From: Amphiscolops sp. MND2022
Taxonomy: Eukaryota
Direction: 5' to 3'
Assembly (NCBI GenBank): GCA_964187785.1
Contig: OZ076409.1
Span: 3,350,001-3,414,000 of the forward strand
Length of the DNA stretch: 64,000 bases
Position numbers and translations under genes: made by a program. Each line of letters begins with the position of its first letter. The stretch's first letter is position 1. Below are positions 39,190-51,010 of the stretch, piece by piece. The notes under the pieces are model-generated. The model ran no database searches. It saw only the letters and a list, made by a program, of their open reading frames with translations, and was not told the DNA's origin.

Positions 39190-40780
39190 TTATGAGGGAG
39201 TCTTCCCTCTCACGGAAGAAGTGTTAGGGTGTGTGAACAGGACTCGCTGCAGAAATGCATGGAAACTGACACGAAGAGACAAGTTCCATGCCCTCATTGC
39301 TTTCTTTACAGTCTGAACAGCCCGTTCGGCATGTCCATTACTCCTTGGATTGTCGATTGGACTCTCTAATTTGGTGCAACGTTGCGCCTGTAACCACGTG
39401 ACAACTTTGTCGTTGATAAAATCTTTTGCATTGTCGGAAACTAAAGTGTGCGCGACCCCAAATCTCCCAAAAGTTGCGGACAGACAATGTATGACTTTTT
39501 CCGTGGACCAATCGCCGCACATAAACGCTTCTATCCAACCTGAACCAACGTCGACAATAATAAGAAAGTTGCCTACTTCTTGGATATAAGCCCAATCTAT
39601 GTGTAGTCTCTCCCATGGTTGCAACTGGTCAATTCTCGATCGATTGCTCAGTTCGTAGTCGGACTTTTGCACATTCAGAGCAGGCACTAAATAATTTTTC
39701 AACATCTTTTCCGACCCCAGGCCACCAAGACAATGGGTTCACATTGTTCTTAGTCGCCTGCACACCAGGATGCGTGTCATGGACTCGTTCAATTACGATG
39801 TTCCGCATTCTTGGTGGAATGTAAGGTATAGTTCCGTTGTATAGCAGTACCTTCTCGACTGTGAGGAAACCAGATAATTTCTTGAAAATACTCTCCACTT
39901 GAGTCCATGCTTTCCAATCGCCATCGATTACACGCCTGATAATCCGCTTCGCCAATTCATCGCGTTCACATTCACTCCTCAACTCTTCGAATGGAATGAG
40001 TTTAAGCTCGGCAAAATGAACACAGAATTCATCAAGATTAGAACTTGAGTAGTCGACTAGATTGCACTCGTCGTCATCCTTATCGAACTTCAGTCTACTC
40101 ATGGCGTCAGCATGAGGAATCGAGGAACCTTCTTTGTATTTAATCTCATAATCAAATGCCATAAGCGAAAATGCCCATCTGGTGATTCTTGCTGATAGGG
40201 GTTTTGGGAGTTCCTTGTTTGTAGCAAATATGAGTTCCAGGGGACGATGATCAGTTTCGAGGTTGAATTTCTGGCTAAGTAAAAACTGCTTCAAGCGTTT
40301 TACCACAAAGACAATCGCTTGGTGTTCACGCTCAATGTTAGAGTATCTTTGCTCAGCTTGAGACAATGTCTTCGAAACATAGATTACAGGGTGCCCCTCT
40401 TGAGATAAGACTCCGCCAATAGCTTTCTCAGACACATCAGTTGTGATCGTTACTTCCTTTTTCAGAGAATAGGGCTGAACAACAGGTTTCGATGCTAGCT
40501 CAGACTTCAACCTTTCGAATGCACGTTGACATTTGTCGGTCCACTGGAACTCAGCCTCCGACTTCTTCCTCAGATCAGATAATGGGGCAAATTTCGACGT
40601 GAAGTTTGAGATTAACCGGCCGTAGAAGTTGACCAATACACAAAATTGTTCGACTTCCTTAACACTTTGAAGAGGACGCATTTTCCTGATTTTTTTGACA
40701 AGGCGATCATCGGGCTCAATCCCGCTACCTGAAATTGTGAAACCGGGAAAAGTGATTTTCTCCCAGACATTTTCAGACTT
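39190..40780 (-). pseudogene. pol: Gypsy pol remnant: RT C-terminus, RNase H, integrase
   Basis: TTDVSEKAIGGVLSQ, YSNIERE, ETDHRPL, PHADAMSR (RNase H); HDTHPG..CSEC; WERLHIDWA..LVSDNA..PRSNGHAERAVQTVK (integrase); frameshifted. Confidence 0.9.
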
Positions 40781-40799
40781 GTAACACCTTGTAAGCTTG

Positions 40800-41259
40800 A
40801 GATCGACGAACTTACAATAACGCGCAGCTTCTCGGAGCCTAGCAAGGTTGTCGGTTTCTGCTTGTTCTCTCCTCCCTCTTGAGACATCTGAAGGAAGCCA
40901 ATGCGTTCTGCAACCACCACTCTCTCTTGTGGCTTCAAAAAACTTATGAGATCCTTACGAATGTCTATGAATTTCACGTCTTCAATGTTTCTGGGCGCGA
41001 CGAGGCTACTGAGCTTTATCAACGCTTCGAGGCCGCATTGGCTCATGAAGAGATCAGTCACCTGATAATCATTTGCTATGGCAGCGATAGCTTGCGGTCC
41101 ACTAGTTCCGGGTGTTGCGTCGATGTCCCTTTTCTTTTCAACCCGCGCTCGCGCCTCGAACGCCTTCAGCCACATCAGTGCTTGATCGGGTTCCTTGAGG
41201 TTCAATTCCGGTTTACCCAATGATTTTGGTGATGACTTGGAAAAACACGATTCGAACAA
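40800..41259 (-). pseudogene. gag: Gypsy gag N-terminal part
   Basis: WLKAFEARAR..LFMSQCGLEALIKLSSLVAPRNI..LKPQERVVVAERIGFLQMSQ is typical of Mag-type gag; truncated by a deletion. Confidence 0.75.
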
Positions 41260-41389
41260 TTTGAGACTTGAAGGCTAAGAATTACTAACGGGGCTTTGAG
41301 TCCAAGACTCTAGAAGCTCACCTTTAATTCGAAAAGCTTTAAAGAGGTAACAACAGCAGCTCTGAGTCCGAGATTCTAAAAGCTCACCT

Positions 41390-41983
41390 TTAGTTGTTTG
41401 CTCTTTTTCTCTTAGCCTCTCTTCGTTGCGCGTGAGTTCTTCGCTTGGTGCCTCTTGTTTTCAAGATCTTCGTCAGGTTCGGATAATAATGTAGGACTAC
41501 ACCTAGGGATCTGAGTTCGAGATCGCTGGATTGATGTAAGGCTTTGTATTTCTCGACGAGTACTTCACTGCGCTGTACTGACTTGCTCAAAATATCTGTC
41601 GTGACTTGGATGATTGGGCAGTCCAATGTTCTCAGGTCTTCAAAGATAATCGGGGATCCTGTACGTTGTCAAAAAACTAAGCCGCAAAAGTTTGTGAGAC
41701 TTCTCAGTGAAGCCACAAGCTGATATACACTTTGCAGTTGATGTTTATTACTTTTGTGGGGTGTGATAGTTTTGTTAATCAGATCGTGCCACAGGATTAT
41801 TCTCGTATTTTTCAGTTTTTCGGACTTTAGATAGTTGTAAACGTCGTTTGAATTGTTCACGGTGTCTGGGTTGAGGCTGAAACTGGGACGGGCGTGGACA
41901 AGTTCCCGTAGTTGTTTACGCAAACTGATATGAAGTTCTTCAATTGAGTTGAAAAAAGAACTGGCAGCAATAATTTTAAACAT
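41390..41983 (-). pseudogene. Extra 197-codon ORF between PBS and gag with one premature TGA; possible SGNH-like fold
   Basis: ORFs 41669-41983 and 41390-41626 are in the same frame, separated only by TGA (..GLVF*QRTGSPIIFEDLRTLDCPII..); ATG lies about 20 nt after the PBS. Confidence 0.65.
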
Positions 41984-42098
41984 GATAACCTTGAAATGTA
42001 TCCTGGTCTGGACACCAATTGTCGTGTTTCTCGCAGATCAAGACGCCTCTTGGTAAAAGCTAGTATTCACTGGACGACAAATATCAAAGCACATATCA

Positions 42099-43312
42099 AT
42101 TAAGTATGTTGATCCCATTACACGTCAAACCTTTGAATATGCAGATCAAATCCCTTGCGAAAATATCCCACAAAATGTTATTTCTCTTCCCCCAGACACT
42201 GATCAATATTATGTTTTAACTCCTCAACCTCTTAAAAAAGACCCTCCTTTACTTTACGAACCTACCCAAGTACAAACCAATATTAGCCCTAACACTTTTA
42301 CTGCTCAAGATGCTGGTATTTATTCTCAAAAGGAACTCAAACACTTTTGGAATTGTGTATTATTCACTAAACACTCTGATAAAACTCTTCAGCTCCTAAT
42401 TAAAGCTATTAGCTACGAACTTATGAATCAACAATCCTCTGGATCTCTTTCCGACAATCCCTATATGTCTCTTCGAATTGGTTTTTATGACTATATGTTG
42501 AACTCAACCCAATTTTTCTCTCCTGATTGGTTCACCGATGCTTTTATTAAACTTTTTGGTTTTCCTTGTTATATTTTAACTCAATGTGGATAATATTTTT
42601 CTACTGGTCTCTTCTTACAAATTGCGTTCAACACACTTATTAGTATTTATCGTTCGTTTACTGTCAGAAATCTACTCAAGAAACAAATCTCTGTAATATC
42701 CGCACTTGGATTTGTTTTTTTGGAACCATCACTCAAACTACGATGACTGCTATGGTTAAATTGTCTAATTCACATTCAGATTCTGAAGATTCTGATTCTC
42801 CTCAACCTCCACCTTCTATTTCCCATACCAAATCTTCAAACCCCAAGCCCAAATCTCCTAATTATCAACCGAATACTAAAACGAAACTCCTTAGTTCAAA
42901 AAATAAAAATCTCATGCATAGATCTCCGCCTACTAAACCTTTCTCTTCTTCCATTTCTCAATCTCACCCTAGTAGTAACACTCCTCCTGTCAATGAAAAT
43001 TGTTCACCTCCACCTCCTAGTTATAATTTACATTTTACTCCTCATAATAATTTCTCTCCTCGTCACTCCCAATCACCTCCATTATCTTCCCCTCCACATT
43101 TCCATAATTCCCCTCTTCCTGATGATACTAATTGTGACAATTCCTCTAATGATTCCCCCATACACAATATATGGCAATCAACAAAAATTTATCCTCCTAC
43201 TCCATCACCAATTAAAACTAATGACATTCCGTTAACATCTGTCAATAGTATATTGGATCAACCTGAAAGCCCTGTCAAAACCTATTCCTCTTGTCGTTTC
43301 CCTCTTGAATAA
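42099..43312 (+). pseudogene. Envelope glycoprotein C-terminal fragment resembling chuvirus-type / gB-like class III env of LTR retroelements
   Basis: The frame from 42105 reads YVDPITRQTFEYADQIPC..YYVLTPQP..PPLLYEP..TAQDAGIYSQKELKHFWNCVLF, then hydrophobic segments. One TAA at 42591 and a frameshift in the T-run near 42720 lead into a Ser/Pro-rich tail. Confidence 0.65.
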
Positions 43313-43844
43313 TAAATAATGATAATAATTTCGTTAGTTTTAAAATTTTCTCTTCTGAATATTAATAACTTATCTCTTATGAATATTAATCATTTCACTC
43401 CGATTCATTTTTCATCGTTCTTGCTTCTCGCTTGGAAACTCTTTCTCGATTTTTAAACACCCAAAACATCTCCATTTTTCTCGAACTATTTTTACACTTT
43501 TTTTCAATTTCAAATAATCTTTTCTTCACTAAAACGCACTATATTATAATCCTCACCTTCATAATTTTCAATTTCCAACATTTTGTATCTTTTTATCCTA
43601 TAATCCAAATGGCAACCTCTAATCCTGACGAAGAACTTCTTTATCACCGCCTCTTTCCCTCAAATCTGGATTTCTTGATCTACCAAATATAACTGATTCA
43701 CTCCCTCTTGATTTTAATCCTACACCTGAACCAACTTTAAATGTTATCCCCTCCACTACTGGCACAAATACGTACAAATAGCAGTCATGAATTACAATAC
43801 GACCTATCATGAAACAAGAGGCTGCGAACCATCCACGGTAAGTG

Positions 43845-44330
43845 ATAGAAGAATCCCTTACAATGTCCTTGACTTAAAATTGCGCTAAAATGGAAAATCA
43901 TGCCCTACTCCGATTTTGCAGAGCAACTACAAAAACAAATTAACAAAGTGCGCGCGACAGCAATAGACAACATTATGCTGTCGTATTTCAAATACAAGAA
44001 ATATTACAACGGCAAAGCGTCTGCAGCCCTGCTCAGGGTAAACGACTACTGCTATATCCTCAACCCGACAGCAGACAATCAATCGGCAAATTTCAAATTT
44101 CAAGACCGCATTTGAACGGGACCGTACATAGTTATAAAAGTACTGACAAAAAACAATTATACGATCAGGAAAATCTGTTAAAGTTACACGCAAACCTTGC
44201 ACAGAATCCGAATACGTTCTTTTGTCCTTATGTGACAGCACAACGCATGCCTGACGTCACAGTCAGGTCAAATGAATGTTTACCAGGCCTAGACGTCAAA
44301 GTATCACACAATGAAGGATACGCTGTGTCC
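43845..44330 (+). pseudogene. Gypsy integrase C-terminal (GPY/F) remnant
   Basis: RIPYNVLDLKL..YFKYKKYYNGKASAALLRVNDYCYILNP..*TGPYIVIKVLTKNNYTIRK..QTLHRIRIR. Confidence 0.75.
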
Positions 44331-46644
44331 TGAGAAATGAATATCGGAAGAAAAATTGATGAATGCGCGACAAAAGCAACAACACCTACGGATGGCGAAG
44401 CCAAAACGCAAGAAAAAGCAGGAAAATAGGCCGAAGATACGGATAACGCTGAATCGCCGTTACCATATTTTTCAAAAATTACTACAGACGTAGAGGATAA
44501 TCCTTACTTAAGACGGCCCCCATTTATTCCCCCCAAGACTACCATTTACAGTAGTAGGATAATCCATGCAAAGTAGTAAATTATAATTCACGACCTAATC
44601 CTAAGCCTGAAGCTAATTCTAACTTCAGACGTCCTGACGCCGATTCTTCGACTCACGAAAGAAGAAAAGACATTATCCAGACCGAACCGAGCTGACAACT
44701 TTAATTCAGGCATACTACGGCCCTTCTATGTCGTTTTCGTTTCTTGACTCAGTACTATTTTGATTACTTTGACTAAGAGCCCAAAATTTCCGCTCTCAAG
44801 TTCCGATACCAACTGTCCAAAGCAAAAGGAAACAACTAACAAAACAAATCAGAAATTCATACAAAACTGATTCCGGGGATTTTTTTAATTCTTTTTATCC
44901 TGCGGTTGCTCTTCAGGAAGGTTGTACCCTTTTACCGGCCTAGCAACGAGTCCAAACTGCCAGGTAACCTCTTTCCACAAGAAGTAATAGGCCCACTGAT
45001 AACAGGATGAAGCACTCCCTGAACATGTAACAGTGGAAGACTCTCCATCACCAGCAGAACCGAAATCTCGATCCCGCCGATTCGCGCTTCGGAGCAACTA
45101 TGAGACTCATCTTCATTACGGACGAGATGGCCGTGGAATAAGCTCGTATATCGATCCATGAAGACACTTCAATCAACAGCACATTCGCTCCTAAAGTTCA
45201 AAATCCGCAAACGTCATGAAGGAGCCCGACTTACCAATAACGTCACGAATACAATCCATCGTATGCTTCGAGAAAAAACTACGGTGATACTCAGTGTCAA
45301 CTACGGGATAGTCTTTACAGGCTTCCACCACAACCAAACAAAACAGTTTGAATACTCGACACAATTTCTTCCGGGCCAAGAAACTGTAATCTGAGAGCAG
45401 ATGTACAATAATGTCTGGAACCTCTTCTGCACTTCTATCACTATTGACATGCCGAGCCCGCGTGTCAATCACGTAGGTCAAAAAACTCTTCAACTGCGGA
45501 CTTCCCGTCAACACTAGCCACTGTCCCACACCGTTCCAGAACTCCAACCAACTTGATGAGCCCAAAAACGTGATCATTATCGCAATCTAACAACAAATCA
45601 GGGCAGAAACAATACCGACCGTGCATGAAAACTGCAGAAACACATTGCTGCACCACAATCAGGTCCACAAGCCGATCGATACACTCACGGCATCAGTTTC
45701 GGAACTCTTGTGCCTCTCCACCCTTAGCCTGTCGCAGAACGTTACGAAAAGCACTTTTGTCGAAATGGACTATCTTTGACACGTCCATGTAGTCGTCCCA
45801 GGCGTTCAACTCAGACATTGTCGCGAATTTGCGGCTACGAGTCAGCAAGCAGTACAAAAACTGAAACAGCTCCATATAAGCTTGAATGTTGTAATAGGCG
45901 CGACCACTCTGCTGTTTCGTGAAAGAAACTGCATCTAGAAACCAATGGCACACATACATGAAAATGTCCTAAAAGCTGAAGAACCTCAACCACAGCTTCA
46001 AAAAACTATTGCACAAAAACATTCATGCCAACACCAGAAAGCGAGACTACAAAGACCACCAATTGACGCAAATGAAACCTTGACATCTTACGAAGATCCG
46101 AAACGTGGCCAATATGTCTACGTCGCAGGTCGTTAGTGTTCTCAGCAATCACGAACTAATTTGTTTCACGCATCTACAACAAAACATTAATTAAACTACC
46201 AATACATGAAGGTGTTCCGAAAATATTCACAACTGACAGTACAATTGAAAATCAAACAAAGCAGAAGAGACCACAAAATACGATACCACTATCTACACGA
46301 AAAAAAACATCGCACCATGTCAGTCTCGCTCTTGATGTTCCGACACCAGTAACGCGGACATACTCCCGAATCGTCTTCCAGATTGGTATCATTTCCGCAG
46401 CAACCTCAAGAAGATATGCAAACGACACCTGGCAAGCAAGGTTGCAACTACGAAGAGTGGGGACATCCTCCATCCACGGGTATAGCAGTGCCCCCCTATG
46501 GCGGTATCCTCCAGCAAGCCAAATACCTCCTGGTGGGTCCGGCGATAACACTGCAGGAAAACCTGTACTGTGAATTCGCCGCAAGAGAAAAAACGGGTGA
46601 TCGTCAACCCGGTTATCGCTGAGCACCCGCAAGAGCGAGGGCTT

Positions 46645-47569
46645 TAACTATGACATGACAGAGGCAATTGACACGAGGCAAGACTATCCACAATTCCTGA
46701 GAGACCGGCCAACTCAGAAAACGCTGACCAGAAGATTCCACTCGTACACAAACCAAAAACAGCTCATGATTGTCCCATGTATGAACGATAAAAATTTTCG
46801 CCGTGCCCTCGTTGACAAAGAGACACTATAATTCCGGAATGCAGCGAATCGGGTGAAAAATGACAGCAACACGCGAGGGAATAATGATCGGCACACTAAC
46901 AACTAAAACGGAAGCCATCAAGTAAACCCAGTCATAAAAGATTACATCACATAACTATGACATGACAGAGGCAATTGACACGAGGCAAGACTATCCACAA
47001 TTCCTGAGAGACCGGCCAACTCAGAAAACGCTGACCAGAAGCTTCCACTCGTACACAAACCAAAAACAGCTCATGATTGTCCCATGTATGAACGATAAAA
47101 ATTTTCGCCGTGCCCTCGTTGACAAAGAGACACTATAATTCCGGAATGCAGCGAATCGGTTGAAAAATGACAGCAACACGCGAGGGAATAATGATCGGCA
47201 CACTAACAACTAAAACGGAAGCCATCAAGTAAACCCAGTCATAAAAGATTACATCACATAACTATGACATGACAGAGGCAATTGACACGAGGCAAGACTA
47301 TCCACAATTCCTGAGAGACCGGCCAACTCAGAAAACGCTGACCAGAAGCTTCCACTCGTACACAAACCAAAAACAGCTCATGATTGTCCCATGTATGAAC
47401 GATAAAAATTTTCGCCGTGCCCTCGTTGACAAAGAGACACTATAATTCCGGAATGCAGCGAATCGGGTGAAAAATGACAGCAACACGCGAGGGAATAATG
47501 ATCGGCACACTAACAACTAAAACGGAAGCCATCAAGTAAACCCAGTCATAAAAGATTACATCACATAAC
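46645..47569. repeat. Tandem triplication of a 307-bp unit
   Basis: TAACTATGACATGACAGAGG starts at 46645, 46952 and 47259; units differ at very few positions; TAAC recurs at 47566. Confidence 0.97.
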
Positions 47570-47648
47570 AACATTGGGAAAAACATACACAAAGACCAGC
47601 AATCAAAAAAAGAGAAGCGAATATCATACAAATTTACTAACTAAGAAT

Positions 47649-48254
47649 TCAGCACGACTCCAATTGAGAATTTAAAGAAGGTTCTCTGGGCCAAGAAAGC
47701 TCGGAAGCACCCCACAAATTTCGCAACAATGTGTAGCTAGCCCCGCTACAAAGCAGCTCCAACAATGTGTTTATCATAGCCATCACAGAAACTGATGAAT
47801 CCATCTGGGTGCAAGCTGGCAAAAGATCCTCTGGGAAAATGAAGTTTTTGGCTTTTCCCTTGCTTGGACGACTCATATAGTCTTCCATCTGGGCTGCACT
47901 TTACTCCATCGGATCCATCAATCGATTGAAGACTGGCAAGTTATTCTGCACCCGATATTTCACGTCCTGTTGCCAGTTCCGCTTGCTGAAGAAATGACGA
48001 CTCAACTCATTGGCCCCACGAGTTTCCATCGACACATCGCGATGGCAAATGGTGCAGTGAAAGGCTTAAAATGATCCAGTGCTCGACCCACTCATGAGCA
48101 ACTCTAAAACGGCGTGGCCACGGACCATATCACGGCGGAGTCCATTCCGTGAACTATAGAGCCATCTACGCTGTCGCTCTGGTGTCGTCATTCCCTCCAG
48201 ACTGGTCTCAATCCGTGACAAAAGCTCTTTAAATTCAGCAAAACATTCAAACAA
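47649..48254 (-). pseudogene. Decayed ORF with a BED/C2H2-like zinc finger (possibly hAT-transposase-derived)
   Basis: ORFs 48066-48254 and 47649-47888 are in one frame, bridged by *AFHCTICHRDVSMETRGANELSRHFFSKRNW; two in-frame stops. Confidence 0.5.
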
Positions 48255-49137
48255 CCATCAATCAACAATAGACACCCATCACTAACAACCCGACCAAATA
48301 ACAAAACACAATGCTAACGTACGAAGAACGGTTTTGTAGCCCGGCTCTGTATTTCGGATGCGACAACCTCTCCGAGTTTAGCAGCCTTTCGCGGGGTACA
48401 AGGCAATGCAGCAGTGTTATCCACTTCATCGACGCTACTGTTCAATTTAAAACGGGGTGACCGACGTTTCTACGAAGTCTGTCTGACAGCCACCTCTTCA
48501 GGGGTCCGCAAGATAACCACAAAACATCACGGTTTTCAGCAAGAGCTTCAAAGCATCTCAGTCATCAACAAAAGACACTCGAAAACCAATAAAAAGCCAC
48601 AGGACAAATAACATAAAAGAATGAAACTATAATTTAAACACTAACCATGTTTAATAAAAGGAGATGACGTCCCACTTCCAAAGGTCCGCTCAAAGATAGG
48701 TAAGAAAGCCGAAAAGCAAGGGGACGTCGTTTTTGGGATCACCAGGCTGTCCCTGAAGGCTTTATCGGAGGTGGGGATCCTCATCTACCTACAAGAGTCT
48801 TCTGTGACCCAACAGCAGTAACAGTTCCACCAGCAACTTTGCGAGACAAAGACGCAACAGGCTCACTACGGATTCCAACCGAACACCGCCCAGCCACAAG
48901 CTTGCTCAAAGGAGCAACGATATCTCCAGGACGAGAGGAAGGAGAATCAACAGCTCGGGCATGGTCGCCAGGGTCATCTACCTAATCATCAGCGGAAGCA
49001 GCAAGAACTCCAAGGGGAGCAACACTAATAGCAGAAAGGTCTGCAGGAACCAGAGCAACTTCGGGATTGGCAGTGGTGACAACAAAAGAAGAAACCGGTC
49101 CAGATTCTAAAACAAAATCCCAAATTGACGCGTCAGC

Positions 49138-49285
49138 AAATCTAAGCTGTGGAAATATGGAATTCAGAAAAGACGTATCTGTTGAAAAAACTTATTCACA
49201 GAAACCATATTCACAGAAATCTAAGCTGTGGAAATATGGAATTCAGAAAAGACGTATCTGTTGAAAAAACTTATTCACAGAAACC
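49138..49285. repeat. Short tandem duplication (period 79 bp)
   Basis: AAATCTAAGCTGTGGAAATATGGAATTCAGAAAAGACG at 49138 and 49217. Confidence 0.9.
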
Positions 49286-50434
49286 TAAAAGGGAATAACA
49301 AACTCACCAGAAACAAGCCGGTTGACCAGATCAGCTTCACTTCCTTGCACATACCTCTCTGAGAACAGAAACTGGGTATCGTTGCCGCACTTCTCCACCA
49401 GATCGGTGAAACAACCGGAAGCGGATATCATAAATAAAAGTAAATATGGAAACAAAACAAAGTTCAAACGGCTAACACAATTGACGTCACCAGAACGGTG
49501 ACGAATTAGGATGGCTGTCTACAACGGAAAATGACGTCATCGAAACGAAGACAAATCTATTGAAGTTAGTTAAACGCTAACAAAGTTGACAAATGGGGCA
49601 AACGAAATCATTCAAGTCGCGGTCAATAAATATGCGACATTGGCAAAACGTCAACACCTGGGATTGAAAAAGGATTAAATGATGGTCGACCAATCAGGAG
49701 TGAAGGATTTATCCGGCTAATCCTAACTAAACCTAAAGTTCATTGTTCAACTATCATCGACAGCAAATCGCAGGCAATTAGCGCTCAACTACAAAAGACA
49801 AAACGAAATGAATTCCAACAAAGACGTATACGAATTAAATGATATATCATCGGAACGTGAAGACAAAATCAGCATGGAAGAGCTTCAACACCTATTCCGA
49901 AAAATTTTCAAACTAATTACAGAATAGTGCTGGAGATATCCCACTCTTCAGTGTAAGCTGTAGCTGAAGAAGAGGATAGCTGTAAATTACAGGTAGATTC
50001 CCCTGATACGGTTTGTAAAAGACTAAATACAAGTTTCTAATGTACTGGTCCATACACCCACGTTCACTTGGGATCAGGCGCTGATATCCAGAGCAGAGAA
50101 GAAGTGAGGGATAGCCCTGAAAGTTCGGATAGCTCACAAATTTCGGTAGTGTTTATGGTCGAAGGACAAGTGCCCCCGAAACGCCATCCAAAACGAGCGC
50201 TGTAGTGGCAGATTACCTCGAGCAAGAGGCAAGAGAAGACTCCAGCTCATTATTCTCTACTCCTCCTGGGCCACTAAAATGCGTTAAACAAAACCTGAAC
50301 GATCCAGAAGACAAGAGAGGGACATCATTGCTACCAGAGTTGACGAAGACGACCCTAATGTTTACGAACGCCAGTGGCTGTTCCCGATAGCTTCAACTAT
50401 GGTCAGGCAGACAAGACCCATGACAGTGGCCCTT

Positions 50435-51010
50435 TCACAGTCCGCGCCCGTACTGGTTTGTAGGTGTGCGAGAATAGGAATCTGAAGAGGCCACGGATGC
50501 AGCTCTAGGCTCCCAAAGTGGGTTTTAAACTTTCTGAGATTTCTTTTGAAACAAAGTTTCTTAACAAATAAAATGAAATGTGACTTAATGATAGAGTATA
50601 TGACTACTCTCAGACGAATCTAAAAGTGAAAACGAATGAACGATCATAAATAGGGACACAGGGGTGACTTAACCACTGTTAAGCAATTGAGCATCACAAA
50701 CGCAAACAACAAATGAGAACAACATTTTAACACAACAACGTACCATGGTTCTAATATACAATCTCAGCGTCATCAGCATCGAAACTTTCTCGCTCAATGG
50801 ATGATAATCACAATACAAGTCACAGTCCGCGCTCGGACTGGATTTTGGATGTGCGAGAATAGTACTTGGAAAAGGCCACGGATGCAGCTCAAGTCTCCCA
50901 GAGTCGGTTTTCAACTTTTAAAGCAAACTTTCCGACCAAATAAAATAAACTGTGACTTAATGATAGAGTAAATGACTACTCTCAGACGAATCTAAAAATG
51001 AAAATGAATG
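50435..51010. repeat. Diverged direct repeat pair (about 200 bp, spacing 385 bp)
   Basis: TCACAGTCCGCGC..GGCCACGGATGCAGCTC..TGTGACTTAATGATAGAGTA..CTACTCTCAGACGAATCTAAAA at 50435 and 50820. Confidence 0.85.

Larger units (their letters stand above)
38596..42099 (-). mobile_element. Gypsy (Mag-clade-like) LTR retrotransposon, internally deleted, 5' LTR truncated
   Basis: 3' LTR 38596-38750 (TG..CA on minus) is preceded by PPT GGAAGGGGGATGA. A matching partial LTR at 42020-42099 is followed on the minus strand by PBS-like TGGTGTCCAGACCAGG. Gag, RT end, RNase H and integrase lie between. Confidence 0.92.
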
